A stretch of DNA of 63,601 bases, filler included, from 5 parts of 5 records of this genome joined end to end with filler, not necessarily neighbours in it; one strand, 5' to 3'; shown: positions 9,928 to 20,189, counted from the first letter of the whole stretch. The notes: generated by a model not told the origin, from the sequence alone. Made by a program: numbers and translations.

Positions 9928-10500
9928 ATGAGAAAAATAATTTCTTTTATGCACATCTCGCTTGACGGTTTCGTCGCAGGTCCGAATGGGGAGATGAACT
10001 GGATTAAAGTTGATGAAGAAATTTTTGACTTTGTTGGTAAGCGGATAAGCGAAGGCGACACTGCATTGTACGGGCGGATAACTTACCAGATGATGGAAGG
10101 TTACTGGCCAACCGCTGCCGATAAGCCGAGTGCCTCCAAGCACGACATTGAACACTCCAGGTGGTATGCGAACGTTCACAAAGTTGTTTTGTCAAAAACA
10201 ATAGAGGATGCGGGTTTAACCAACACAACCATTATAAGCGATAACCTTTCGGACCGTATAAGCGAAATAAAAAAGCAGGAAGGAAAGGATATCCTGCTTT
10301 TTGGAAGCCCGACAGCAACGCATGCACTTATGCAACTGAACCTAATTGACGGATACTGGCTATTTGTAAATCCAATCATTCTTGGGCAGGGCATTCCATT
10401 GTTTGCCGACATCAAAGAAAAAATTAGGCTCAACCTCGTAACTACACAGCAATTCACTTCCGGGGTAACGGAACTGAATTACACAGTGGACCGGGGATAG
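9928..10500 (+). CDS. Dihydrofolate reductase/RibD C-terminal family protein
   Basis: MRKII..ISLDGFVAGPNGEM, LYGRITYQ, NPIILGQGIPLF. Confidence 0.9.
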   Translation: MRKIISFMHISLDGFVAGPNGEMNWIKVDEEIFDFVGKRISEGDTALYGRITYQMMEGYWPTAADKPSASKHDIEHSRWYANVHKVVLSKTIEDAGLTNTTIISDNLSDRISEIKKQEGKDILLFGSPTATHALMQLNLIDGYWLFVNPIILGQGIPLFADIKEKIRLNLVTTQQFTSGVTELNYTVDRG

Positions 10501-10682
10501 TAATGAACCGCTCACATGGGCTTGGTGAATTAGCGGCTTTTGGAAGTTCTATGAGATATTCGCCTGCCACGGTTACAATGGAAAGTTCCATATTTGCATT
10601 TTTAACGAACCTATGTGCTAAAATTCAACTATTTTGCGATGCTTAGTATCGATAGAACGACCAGTAACCAATCAAAATATTT

Positions 10683-11078
10683 ATGGACAAGAATTCAGTT
10701 AACCCATGGAAGTGGCAGGACAATTTTAGTTTTTCGCAGGCGGTAGAAGTGTCGGGAAGCTCGCATACTTTATTCTGCGCAGGACAAGCGTCAATTAGTG
10801 AAGAAGGACTGCCACTTCATAAGGACGATATGGAAGCACAATTAAAACTTACGCTTGAGAATATCGAAACCGTTATTAAAAAAGGAAATTACGATTGGAC
10901 AAATATTGTGCGACTGACAATTTACACAACGGATTTTGACAAACTATTTCAAAATTACGGGCTTCTTTCTGCCAAGCTGGAAAACACAATTCCTAAACCA
11001 ATTATAAATCTTTTAGGTGTCAACAGACTGGTTTTTCCGGAACTTTTGGTGGAAATCGAAGCCACTGCAATGAAATAA
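10683..11078 (+). CDS. RidA/YjgF family protein
   Basis: FSQAVEV, LFCAGQ, LLVEIEATA. Confidence 0.9.
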   Translation: MDKNSVNPWKWQDNFSFSQAVEVSGSSHTLFCAGQASISEEGLPLHKDDMEAQLKLTLENIETVIKKGNYDWTNIVRLTIYTTDFDKLFQNYGLLSAKLENTIPKPIINLLGVNRLVFPELLVEIEATAMK

Positions 11079-11123
11079 ATCCTTCTGAGACATCCCCAAC
11101 TAACAAGAAAGTATCATCAAATT

Positions 11124-11498
11124 ATGGCCTACGATATCAAACTGGCAGACAGAGTAAGAGCATATCTTTCTGAGATTCCTGAGTTGGAAGTTGAAGAGAA
11201 GAAAATGTTCAATGTTCTGAATTTTATGGTCAATAATAAAACATGCATCTGCGTAAGCGGCGAAAACTTAATGCTGCGCTTTGACCCAGTTTTGCAGGAA
11301 GAGTTATCAGAAAAAACGGGGTATGAAACGATGTTAATGAAAGGCAAAGAATACAAAGGCTATTGCTATATCAATCCTGACGGAATCAAAACAAGAGAGG
11401 ACTTTCAATATTTTGTAAATTTATGTGTAGAATACAACAAAATATCAAAAGCTTCAATTAAACAAAAGACCCGAAAAAAGGCTGCAAATCAGGTATGA
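11124..11498 (+). CDS. TfoX N-terminal domain protein
   Basis: MAYD..LADRVR, EEKKMF..LNFMVN. Confidence 0.75.
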   Translation: MAYDIKLADRVRAYLSEIPELEVEEKKMFNVLNFMVNNKTCICVSGENLMLRFDPVLQEELSEKTGYETMLMKGKEYKGYCYINPDGIKTREDFQYFVNLCVEYNKISKASIKQKTRKKAANQV

Positions 11499-11523
11499 AA
11501 TTTTTCATTTAAAATTTGTAAAT

Positions 11524-11982
11524 ATGACACGCAGCCTTATAGTCCTCATTTTGACTTTCATACTTGGAGTTAGCGCCAGAGCACAAGAAGCTACCGTGGT
11601 GGAAAAAGAAAAGCTGCAAAAAGTGGTGATCGGGTTATTTGATGGATTATCTGCTTTGGACATTCAAAAAGCGAAATCGTTTTGTACAGCAGATATTACA
11701 TTGTTGGAAAGCGGACAGGTCTGGAATTTCGATTCGTTGGCGGTGCGGATCAGTACGAGGAAAGCAAAATCAACGGACTTCAGGCGAATAAACAAAATCG
11801 ACTTTTTAGAAACGAAAGTCTCAGGAAACATAGCGTGGATATCGTATTTCAATCAGGCCACAATTATGGCTGGTGGCAAGACAACGGTCGTAAAATGGCT
11901 CGAAAGCGTCGTTTTAAAGAAAGAAGACGATGACTGGAAAATTAGTTTGCTTCATTCTACTGAATTAGAGCGTTCGCCTTAG
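11524..11982 (+). CDS. Secreted NTF2-like/SnoaL (DUF4440-like) protein
   Basis: Signal peptide; 'GNIAWISY', 'WLESVVLKKEDDDWKISLLHS'. Confidence 0.7.
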   Translation: MTRSLIVLILTFILGVSARAQEATVVEKEKLQKVVIGLFDGLSALDIQKAKSFCTADITLLESGQVWNFDSLAVRISTRKAKSTDFRRINKIDFLETKVSGNIAWISYFNQATIMAGGKTTVVKWLESVVLKKEDDDWKISLLHSTELERSP

Positions 11983-12051
11983 AGTTGAGCGGTTTTAGGG
12001 ATCTGTTGTAAATTCAGCTGGCTCTTTGTTTAAGAAATTGACCAAAAATAT

Positions 12052-12519
12052 ATGAACAAGAAAATTGATAAAATAAAGAAATTCAGACAGTTCCTTATTG
12101 GACAGATTGCAGAACTTACAAGTGAACAATTAAACATAGTTCCTGACGGATATAACAACAATATCCTCTGGAACATAACGCATTTGATGTGTGCACAGCA
12201 AGGTATCTGTTATTTAAGAGGAGGTCAGCAAGCGATTATTCCTGACAAATATATAGGCCCATTTTTTACAAATACCAAACCCGAAAGATTTTTAGAAAAG
12301 GCCGAAATAGAAGAAATCAAAGACTTGTTCATCACAACAATTGACCAACTGGACTTGGACTATAATGAAAAGATGTTCGAAAATTATACTCCATCACCAA
12401 ACATCTTGAAAGTCTACGGTATAGAACTAAATGATATTGAAGACGCCTTGGAATTTATACTTTATCACGAAGGCTATCACACTGGTTATATTTTAGCTTT
12501 GAAGAAATTAGTAAGCTGA
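12052..12519 (+). CDS. DinB family protein
   Basis: NNILWNITH..HEGYHTG three-His motif. Confidence 0.88.
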   Translation: MNKKIDKIKKFRQFLIGQIAELTSEQLNIVPDGYNNNILWNITHLMCAQQGICYLRGGQQAIIPDKYIGPFFTNTKPERFLEKAEIEEIKDLFITTIDQLDLDYNEKMFENYTPSPNILKVYGIELNDIEDALEFILYHEGYHTGYILALKKLVS

Positions 12520-12614
12520 CAATCGACCTCTGATTTTGAATTCATCTGTTCATTACTCCAACTGCCAACGGCTTACTACACGCAAAAAAAACTTCAATAG
12601 CGCATAAAATCCAC

Positions 12615-13595
12615 TCAAATCGCCACTTCTTTATTGTATCTGCCACGGTACTCAAGCGGAGACATTCCCGTTATTTTTCGAAAAACCTCGCGAAAAGCTT
12701 TCACATCTGAATACCCAACTTCGTACATTACTTCATTAATTGTTTTACGTGTACTTTCGAACGCTTTCTTAGCCGACTCAATTTTTACTCGCTGCGAATA
12801 TTCAATAGGCGTGTTTCCGGTAGCTTTGATGAACCTTCTGTCAAAGTTTCTTCTGCCAACTGAAAACTGAGAGGACAAGTGCTCGACTGATATTTTTTCG
12901 TCCCATTTACTTTCGATGTAGGCCTGGGCGTTTTTCACCATTTCGTCTCCATGTAATTTTTGGCCCGTAAAAATGGTAAAAGCGGATTGACTTTGCCTGT
13001 CCATTTCTATTTGAAATACTTTGGAACAAAAAATGGCGGTTTGTCTGTCGTAATATTTTTCGACCAGATAAATCATCAGGTTCAGAAAGGAATATGCGCC
13101 ACCGTTCGTGTAGATCCCGTTTTCATCAGTAATCAGCTTGTCCGTTTGCAGATTCACTTTTGGAAACATCGTTCTGAAATTGTCAGCGACAGCCCAGTGC
13201 GTCGAGCAACTTTTCCCATCAAGCAAACCTGACGATGCGAGCATAAATGCACCGGTACAAATAGACGCCACTTCGGCGCCGTCTTTGTAACGCTTTGCAA
13301 TCCAGTCTATCAGTAACTTGTTGTCCCTCATCGCTTCTTCGAAATTGTGGTTCAGTGATGGAATGATAATGAGGTTGGTTTTGCTAATAGTCGAAATGGT
13401 GGTGTGCGGTTTCACTGTAAACAAACCCTCATAAAATTCAACTTGTTCAGAAAGGCCGGCTAACTGGATTGCAAAGGGTTCCTTTCTACCAGTTTCTTTC
13501 CAATACGCATTGGCTCTTGCAAATATCTTGTAAGCGCCTACGATGCTGCTCAGGTTATTTTGTCCGTCGGGCACTATGATGGTGAGGTGTTTCAT
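12615..13595 (-). CDS. GlxA-family regulator (DJ-1/PfpI plus AraC HTH)
   Basis: SICTGAFMLA, THW; C-terminal 'EVMYEVGYSDVKAFREVFRKITGMSPLEYR'. Confidence 0.93.
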   Translation of the reverse strand: MKHLTIIVPDGQNNLSSIVGAYKIFARANAYWKETGRKEPFAIQLAGLSEQVEFYEGLFTVKPHTTISTISKTNLIIIPSLNHNFEEAMRDNKLLIDWIAKRYKDGAEVASICTGAFMLASSGLLDGKSCSTHWAVADNFRTMFPKVNLQTDKLITDENGIYTNGGAYSFLNLMIYLVEKYYDRQTAIFCSKVFQIEMDRQSQSAFTIFTGQKLHGDEMVKNAQAYIESKWDEKISVEHLSSQFSVGRRNFDRRFIKATGNTPIEYSQRVKIESAKKAFESTRKTINEVMYEVGYSDVKAFREVFRKITGMSPLEYRGRYNKEVAI

Positions 13596-13629
13596 GGTTC
13601 TGTTTTTATGTAAAGGTAAAAATTCACCT

Positions 13630-13697
13630 TGTCCAAATCAACCCATTAAGATGTCCATTTTACCCTTCTGAAATATACCATTTAGACAATACATTTG
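13630..13697 (+). promoter_or_regulatory. Tandem AraC-type sites plus -7 promoter box
   Basis: TGTCCAAATCAACCC (13630) and TGTCCATTTTACCC (13652); TACATTTG at 13690; lies in the divergent glxA/SRPBCC gap. Confidence 0.5.
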
Positions 13698-13730
13698 TAG
13701 CGTTGTAATGCAAACCAAAATCCGAAACAA

Positions 13731-14219
13731 ATGACTACATCAGATTTTACGACTACCATATTGGTAGACCAAACTCCGGAAGAAGCATTCAAAGCCATCA
13801 CCAATGTTCGCGGCTGGTGGTCCGAAGAAGTTGTGGGCGGTACGGAAAAACTCAATGATGAGTTTGACTATCATTATGAAGACGTACATCGCTGCAAAAT
13901 GAAACTAATTGAAGTCGTTCCTGATAAAAAGGTAGTTTGGCTTGTTTTGGACAACTATTTTAAGTTTACCGAAGACAAAACCGAATGGAATGGCACAAAA
14001 ATAATCTTTGATATTTCAAGTCAAAACGACAAAACGCAGATGGTTTTTACGCATTTGGGCTTAGTTCCCGAATATGAATGCTTCGAGATTTGCCGCGACG
14101 CGTGGACTACTTACATACAAAAAAGTTTACGCAACCTGATCACCACGGGTACCGGCCAGCCAAATGGAAAGGGCAAGCCACAAACTGAACGTGAAAAGGA
14201 GCTTGGTTCGGTTGGGTAA
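13731..14219 (+). CDS. SRPBCC/AHSA1 domain protein
   Basis: FKAITNVRGWW, FTHLGLVPEYECFEICRDAW. Confidence 0.88.
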   Translation: MTTSDFTTTILVDQTPEEAFKAITNVRGWWSEEVVGGTEKLNDEFDYHYEDVHRCKMKLIEVVPDKKVVWLVLDNYFKFTEDKTEWNGTKIIFDISSQNDKTQMVFTHLGLVPEYECFEICRDAWTTYIQKSLRNLITTGTGQPNGKGKPQTEREKELGSVG

Positions 14220-14328
14220 TGGGAATTAGCGCCGTAGCTGGTGTTGTCACCAGCTTCCTGAGTAATAAATAATGGAAAGTTGCCGGTGACAACACCGGCA
14301 ACGGCAAAGACAACAAAACAACAAATAC

Positions 14329-14811
14329 ATGAACGATTATAAAAAAATCCTTAACGTAAATAAATCCAGGAGTCAGGTTTATGCTGCAATTACTGAGCAT
14401 ATTGCAGATTGGTGGAGCAATGACCTGACCGGTAATTCAACTCGGATGGGTGACAATTTCAGCATCGCTTTTGGCAAAACCAAAAAAACGTTTGACATCA
14501 TTGAAGCGACTCCAAATAAGCAAGTTGTTTGGAAATGTGTTCAAGCGTACATCGACATGGATTCGCTGGAAAACAAAGCTGAGTGGATTGGTACACAGCT
14601 GATCTGGACTATTGAAGCAAATGATAACGGTACGACTCTGACTTTTTTGCATGAGGGCCTGAATCAAAGCTTCCAATGTTACGAAGTGTGTGAAGCAGGT
14701 TGGGACCAATTTTTAGCGAGCTTGCATACTTACCTGGAAACGGGTAAAGGGATGCCATTTTTGAAGGTGGCGGACAACCCAAATCCGCAACAGGAACAAC
14801 TGGTTAGTTAA
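14329..14811 (+). CDS. SRPBCC/AHSA1 domain protein (paralog)
   Basis: FLHEGL..CYEVCEAGW..YLETGKGMP. Confidence 0.88.
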   Translation: MNDYKKILNVNKSRSQVYAAITEHIADWWSNDLTGNSTRMGDNFSIAFGKTKKTFDIIEATPNKQVVWKCVQAYIDMDSLENKAEWIGTQLIWTIEANDNGTTLTFLHEGLNQSFQCYEVCEAGWDQFLASLHTYLETGKGMPFLKVADNPNPQQEQLVS

Positions 14812-14895
14812 CCCGTTTTGAATAGAATTACAAAAAACAGCTGCCATATCGGCCAAAACCTTGGGTGCTTTCGCCAAAACATCTTTAACCATACC

Positions 14896-15738
14896 ATGAA
14901 AACATATCTATTTATTTTTCTTTTACTCGCAGGGATCAAGGCCGGAGCACAGGAATTAAAGCTGAAAATTCCGGCTGCAAGTTCAGGACAGCGTATTGAG
15001 CAGGATTTCGGACTGGGGACTATTTCGGTGAAATATTACAGGCCGAATACGAAAGGCAGGAAAATATTCGGTGGATTGGAACCCTATGGCAATGTGTGGC
15101 GAACCGGAGCCAATAATGCCACTGTGGTTACGATAACTGACACCATACAGGTTGAAGGTCATTCGCTGGCGCCTGGCTCATATTCACTTTTCTGTATCCC
15201 CGATGCCGCAGAATGGACGATTATCTTCAATAAAAATACCGAACAATGGGGCGCCTACGCTTATGACGAGAAACAGGATCTGCTTCGGTTTAAAGTAAAG
15301 CCTGCGAAACTCGATCATAAGGTTGAAACTTTGAGTATTCAATTTGCGGAAGTGCATGAGGAAGATTGCCTTCTACAGATACAATGGGAGAACACGGGCA
15401 TAAACCTGCATTTAAAAACAGATATAGACAACCGGATCATGGCCAATATACAGGAAGAGATGAAAGGTGAGAAAAAACCCTATTACATGTCGGCCGTTTG
15501 GTGCTATAATCACAACAGGAACCTCGACCAGGCGCTTTCCTGGATGCATGAAGTTGAAAAAACGCAAGGACCGTCCTTCAATGTAAAATACTGGCTGGCA
15601 AGGTTGCAGCTTAAAACGGGTGACAAAAAATCGGCCATCGCGTCTGCCAAGGAAGGATTGAAACTGGCTTCAGAAAAGCATAATGCCGAGTATATGCGTA
15701 TGAATAAAGAAGTGTTACACGATGCGGGAGTGAATTAA
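14896..15738 (+). CDS. DUF2911 domain protein with TPR-like C-terminus
   Basis: YYRPNTKGRKIFGGLEPYGNVWRTGANNAT. Confidence 0.88.
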   Translation: MKTYLFIFLLLAGIKAGAQELKLKIPAASSGQRIEQDFGLGTISVKYYRPNTKGRKIFGGLEPYGNVWRTGANNATVVTITDTIQVEGHSLAPGSYSLFCIPDAAEWTIIFNKNTEQWGAYAYDEKQDLLRFKVKPAKLDHKVETLSIQFAEVHEEDCLLQIQWENTGINLHLKTDIDNRIMANIQEEMKGEKKPYYMSAVWCYNHNRNLDQALSWMHEVEKTQGPSFNVKYWLARLQLKTGDKKSAIASAKEGLKLASEKHNAEYMRMNKEVLHDAGVN

Positions 15739-15814
15739 GTTGACATTAAATTTTGAAATAAACAATCGTCATTAGACATTTGACAAAAACCTTAATATTT
15801 CGTAAATTCGTTTA

Positions 15815-16348
15815 GTGGAGAAATTAAAGAATTCAGGACTAGATTTTTTAGTAGACAAGCTTACAAATTCCATCGAGAATGTTGTTACAGGCGACAGTTT
15901 CACAACGGACATCACGTTAGTTACTAACACAGATTTCAAAATGGTGACTAAAAAAAATCATTGGCAATTCGACTGGAAGTTTGAGTTTAGGCAGCCGCAA
16001 CGTGATGTTTACAAGCTGAGTATAGTCAATAACCAGTCTGTAATCCAAGGTTTAATAAGTTTAGAAATAAAATCCGATCATGTCTATATGCATCTTGTTG
16101 AAAGTGCCCCATTCAATAAAGGAAAAACTAAGGTTTACGCAGGTGTTCCGGGAAACTTAGTGGCTTTTGCATGTAAACTGGCTTTTCAACGAGGGCACGA
16201 TGGAAATGTGTCATTTTTTTCCAAGAGCCAACTTGTTCAACATTATATAGAAACGTTAGGGGCAATGCATATTGGAGGTCGTACTATGATTATTGATACA
16301 ATTGCAGCTTTAAAACTGATTAATAAATATTTTCCAAATGAAAAATAA
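15815..16348 (+). CDS. Hypothetical GNAT-like protein
   Basis: 'IQGLISL..HVYMHLVESAPFN..YAGVPGNLVAFAC..LVQHY'; homologous to 28072-28536. Confidence 0.55.
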   Translation: MEKLKNSGLDFLVDKLTNSIENVVTGDSFTTDITLVTNTDFKMVTKKNHWQFDWKFEFRQPQRDVYKLSIVNNQSVIQGLISLEIKSDHVYMHLVESAPFNKGKTKVYAGVPGNLVAFACKLAFQRGHDGNVSFFSKSQLVQHYIETLGAMHIGGRTMIIDTIAALKLINKYFPNEK

Positions 16349-16514
16349 ACTTCAAGATCTTGACGTGGATTTTATTGGTGGCGAAGAGCCTCTGACTAAG
16401 GAGGAAGAACTTCTTATTAGCGCATTTATACAAGCCGACAAAGAAAAAAGACGCTTACAAGCCATTGGTAAGACAAAGAGAACGGCGCCGCAACAAGTTC
16501 ATCAAACAGCCTGA
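16338..16514 (+). CDS. Small 58-aa protein overlapping the upstream stop (not in ORF track)
   Basis: MKNKLQDLDVDFIGGEEPLTKEEELLISAFIQADKEKRRLQ...; 11-nt overlap with the GNAT-like gene. Confidence 0.7.
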   Translation: MKNKLQDLDVDFIGGEEPLTKEEELLISAFIQADKEKRRLQAIGKTKRTAPQQVHQTA

Positions 16515-16585
16515 CAAGCCTGATATAACTAAACAGAAAACCAAGTAGTTACCGTAAACGATAACTTTCATTGATTTAAGTCTTA

Positions 16586-16620
16586 AAGGTCTCTTTTCTT
16601 CGGAAAGGAGGCTTTTTTAT
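16586..16620 (+). terminator. Rho-independent terminator
   Basis: GTCTCTTTTC-TTCG-GAAAGGAGGC followed by TTTTTT. Confidence 0.8.
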
Positions 16621-16703
16621 TTATTTTGGCACGATAACAGATCAAAGTACCAATGTTGTTTCACTATCACTTTTAATTATCTTACGGCCCAAATAATACT
16701 TTT

Positions 16704-18344
16704 ATGCGCTTATTTAATCTGATTTTACTTCCTATTCTCTGCCTTGCGCTTTACCCGGCTTTTTCGCAAGATCTGAAACTTGATAAGAGCATGAAAAATG
16801 CTCTAAACAAAGTGGATACGGCCAGAATAAAAAAAGACATTACTTACCTGGCCGACGACAAATTGAAGGGGCGACTTCCGGGACAGCCGGGTTATCAAAT
16901 GGCGGTCGATTATGTGGTTGATCAATTCAAACAGATCGGACTGACTCCAGCCGGAGACAACGGGACATTTTTACAAAAAGTAATACTGCGGAAGGCTGTA
17001 TTGGATAATAAATTGTCAGCTGCCTTGTTGAGGGACAAACTGGGTAATGAGGACACGCTTGCCATTGGAAAGGACATTACACTTTTTCCCAATACACTAA
17101 AAAACAAAAACATTGCCGATGCTCCCCTCGTATTTGTGGGATATGGGATAGACATTCCCGGTACCTATTCTGATTTTGAAGGAATAGATGTTAAAGGAAA
17201 GATCGTGGTGGTGTTGCCTGGCGCTCCCAAAGGACTGCAATTACCTTCCAGTATTCAGGCTCATTTTGGCAGTCCAGCTGCTAAAATGCGCATTGCCGAA
17301 GAGAAAGGTGCGATTGGCTTGGTCATGAGCATTGCTCCTGCCAGTCCGGCAAATACCCTGGGAAGCGGCATTAATGTGGCCATGGATCCCAGCAAAACAA
17401 AAGTTGTCGGCCGCAATTCCATTGGCTCGCTACAACTTGGTTCGCGTATCACTTATTCTGTTTTGCAGCGGATTTTCATGAATTCAGGAAAAAGTCTTTC
17501 TCAGGTTCTGGCAGTGCTGGAACAAGGCAAAGCATCTTCTTTTGACCTGCCCCTATCCATTCGTGTGCAGTATTCAAGTGTGTTTAAGGATATTGAGAGT
17601 TATAATGTTATTGGTAAAATCGAGGGAACGGATAATGTACTTAAAAATGAATATGTGATTCATACGGCGCATTTGGATCATTTAGGCGTTTCAACTCCCG
17701 TAAAAGGTGATTCGATTTACAATGGAGCGCATGATAACGCTTCGGGTGTGGCATGCTTGCTCGAAATTGCGAGAACCTATAAGGAAAAAGGTGTAAAACC
17801 GCGCCGTTCCATTTTGATAGCAATGGTAACCGCCGAAGAAATAGGTTTGCTGGGATCGGCTTATTTTGCAGCATTTCCTACCGTGCCAAAATCTCAGATA
17901 GTTGCTGACGTAAACACCGATATGCCAACGCTTATTGCTCCGCTTTTATCAGTTGCTCCATTGGGTGCGGAACATTCAAGCATCGACAAGAGTGTGGATT
18001 TCGCCTGTGCACAACTTGGTATTGAAAAACAAAAGGATCCGATGCCGGAAGAATCCCGTTTCATCCGCAGTGATCAATACAGTTTCGTTTTGGAAGGCAT
18101 ACCTGCATTGCATATCAAGTACGGCTTAAAAACGCTCGATTCGTCTTTCGATCTGGTGAAATTTACCAAGGAATGGAGAGATGCAAACTACCACAAACCG
18201 TCTGACGAGATCACAAACGGATTTGATTTTAATGCAGCTAAGAAATATGTGCAACTCAATTTTCTGATCAGTTATTCCATTTCGCAGACAACGGAACGGC
18301 CAAAGTGGAATGATGGAGATTTTTTTGGGAGGATGGTTAGATGA
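16704..18344 (+). CDS. M28 family aminopeptidase with PA domain
   Basis: TAHLDHLG, NGAHDNASG, AEEIGLLGS, RSDQYSF, YHKPSD. Confidence 0.93.
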   Translation: MRLFNLILLPILCLALYPAFSQDLKLDKSMKNALNKVDTARIKKDITYLADDKLKGRLPGQPGYQMAVDYVVDQFKQIGLTPAGDNGTFLQKVILRKAVLDNKLSAALLRDKLGNEDTLAIGKDITLFPNTLKNKNIADAPLVFVGYGIDIPGTYSDFEGIDVKGKIVVVLPGAPKGLQLPSSIQAHFGSPAAKMRIAEEKGAIGLVMSIAPASPANTLGSGINVAMDPSKTKVVGRNSIGSLQLGSRITYSVLQRIFMNSGKSLSQVLAVLEQGKASSFDLPLSIRVQYSSVFKDIESYNVIGKIEGTDNVLKNEYVIHTAHLDHLGVSTPVKGDSIYNGAHDNASGVACLLEIARTYKEKGVKPRRSILIAMVTAEEIGLLGSAYFAAFPTVPKSQIVADVNTDMPTLIAPLLSVAPLGAEHSSIDKSVDFACAQLGIEKQKDPMPEESRFIRSDQYSFVLEGIPALHIKYGLKTLDSSFDLVKFTKEWRDANYHKPSDEITNGFDFNAAKKYVQLNFLISYSISQTTERPKWNDGDFFGRMVR

Positions 18345-18837
18345 GGGGGGTATTAAGTTCAGATAATTTCGGATCATTACCCTTAGCAATATACTTTGAT
18401 TAGATGATTGGACAGAACAACCGTCAGATCATTAAACGCATTTTATAATGAATGATAAAAAGGTTGACTCCTAACTTTCTCAAAAAAACAAATGAAAATT
18501 ATCCGGCCGAAACTCATTGGAACACTAAAAATAAAAATCATGATGGCGGGAAATTTTGCTGTGGTTAACAATGTCAAAAACGCCCGCAATAAAATAATTA
18601 TCCCTTGCAGCTCATGGGAGCATGGTGAAGAAATCATTAAAAAAATTAAAGGAGCGAATCCTGGGGAGACTTTACATATATAAATGATTGATAGTAAAGC
18701 TATCGAAGGACTTCCATGGAGATGGCTATCAGTGAAGCTAATTATATACCCTTTCCAGCTTCTTATCTGCGATCCAATGTGCGCAATCTGTGTATTGGTT
18801 CAGAAATTCTCTTTTATTCAACAAACAAATCCTAACA

Positions 18838-19764
18838 ATGAAAAAAATAATCGCGTTGGCACTACTTCTTGTGGCAGCCGTCTGTGCAAGCGGACAAACA
18901 CTTTATGTAAAGGCGTATGGCAATAATACCAATCCGCCCGTATTATTTGTCCATGGCGGGCCAAGTGGCAATGCTACGCTTTTTGAATCTACTGCAGCAA
19001 AAAGCCTTGCGGATCGTGGCTTCTTCGTAATCGTATTTGACCGAAGAGGTGAAGGACGTTCGACTGATCCGGCTGCGAAACTAACGTACAGCGAAGCTTT
19101 CGACGACATAAATGATATCTACAAAAAGTACAATCTAAAAAAGCTTAGTATAATCGGGCACAGCTTCGGAGGCTTGGTCGCAACACTTTACACTGAGCGG
19201 TACCCCGAAAAGGTAGAAGCACTCGTCCTGGCCGGTGCATTGTTTTCGCAACAGGAAACATACGACCATATCCTGGCATCGGTGAGAAAAATATATGCCT
19301 CGAACAGCGATTCTGTTATGCTTAAGAAAGTTTCCCAAGTGGCCAATCTTGACAAAAATTCGGCGGAGTACAGGAAGGCTGTTTATGAGCTGGCCAGTGA
19401 AAACAACTACTTCAAAATGCCGCAACCGACTAACGAGGCAAATAGGTTGAGGCAAGAATACGAAGCCAGTGAGTTTGGTAAAAACAATATAAGGAACAAA
19501 AATGCACCTTTATTATTCTACAAAAATGAGGTTCTTAAAAACATTGATACCAGGTCCCGCCTGCAAAAAATAAAAAAAGAACGTGTAAAACTCTTTGCAA
19601 TTTATGGCAAGGAAGATAGAATTTTCTCAACCTCACAGCTTGCTGACATGAGTAAGATTGTATCAGAGAATAATTTTATGCTGATCGATAATTGTTCGCA
19701 CTATTTGTTTGTTGACCAACAGCAAATTTTTCTAAATACTGTTCAGAAGTGGTTGAATAAGTAA
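18838..19764 (+). CDS. Secreted alpha/beta hydrolase (proline iminopeptidase-like)
   Basis: HGGP, DRRGEGRS, GHSFGG nucleophile elbow. Confidence 0.88.
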   Translation: MKKIIALALLLVAAVCASGQTLYVKAYGNNTNPPVLFVHGGPSGNATLFESTAAKSLADRGFFVIVFDRRGEGRSTDPAAKLTYSEAFDDINDIYKKYNLKKLSIIGHSFGGLVATLYTERYPEKVEALVLAGALFSQQETYDHILASVRKIYASNSDSVMLKKVSQVANLDKNSAEYRKAVYELASENNYFKMPQPTNEANRLRQEYEASEFGKNNIRNKNAPLLFYKNEVLKNIDTRSRLQKIKKERVKLFAIYGKEDRIFSTSQLADMSKIVSENNFMLIDNCSHYLFVDQQQIFLNTVQKWLNK

Positions 19765-19817
19765 AATCGGAGGAAAAATTCATTTATAAAATTGTTATCT
19801 TTTGTAACCATTTTATA

Positions 19818-20189
19818 ATGAAAGACATGAACACAGCCAAGCCAAAAGACATCGACGAATACATTGCCGGTTTCCCGGCAGACATACAGTCCATGCTGCA
19901 GGAAATCCGCGAAACCGTGAGAGAAACTGCACCAGACGCAGAGGAGACCATTAAATACGATATGCCTACATTCAAGCTGCATGGCAATCTGATACATTTT
20001 GCGGCGTTCAAAAAACACATTGGAATGTATGCTGTCCCGAGGGGAGTTGAAGGATTTGAAGAGCTGTCCAATTATGGTGGTGAAAAAGGCACCGCACAAT
20101 TTCCATTGGATAAGCCCATGCCACTGGACCTGATATCGAAGATCGTAAAGTACAACGTTCAAAGAAATTTGCGAAAAAGTACGCTGTAA
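19818..20189 (+). CDS. YdhG/DUF1801 family protein
   Basis: IDEYIAGFP, APDAEETIKYDMPTF, FAAFKKHIG. Confidence 0.88.
   Translation: MKDMNTAKPKDIDEYIAGFPADIQSMLQEIRETVRETAPDAEETIKYDMPTFKLHGNLIHFAAFKKHIGMYAVPRGVEGFEELSNYGGEKGTAQFPLDKPMPLDLISKIVKYNVQRNLRKSTL

Noticed and set aside
18400-18790. Short ORFs 18443-18637, 18492-18683 and 18684-18926
   Set aside because: No recognisable motifs and mutually overlapping; possibly decayed DNA, but no call can be supported.
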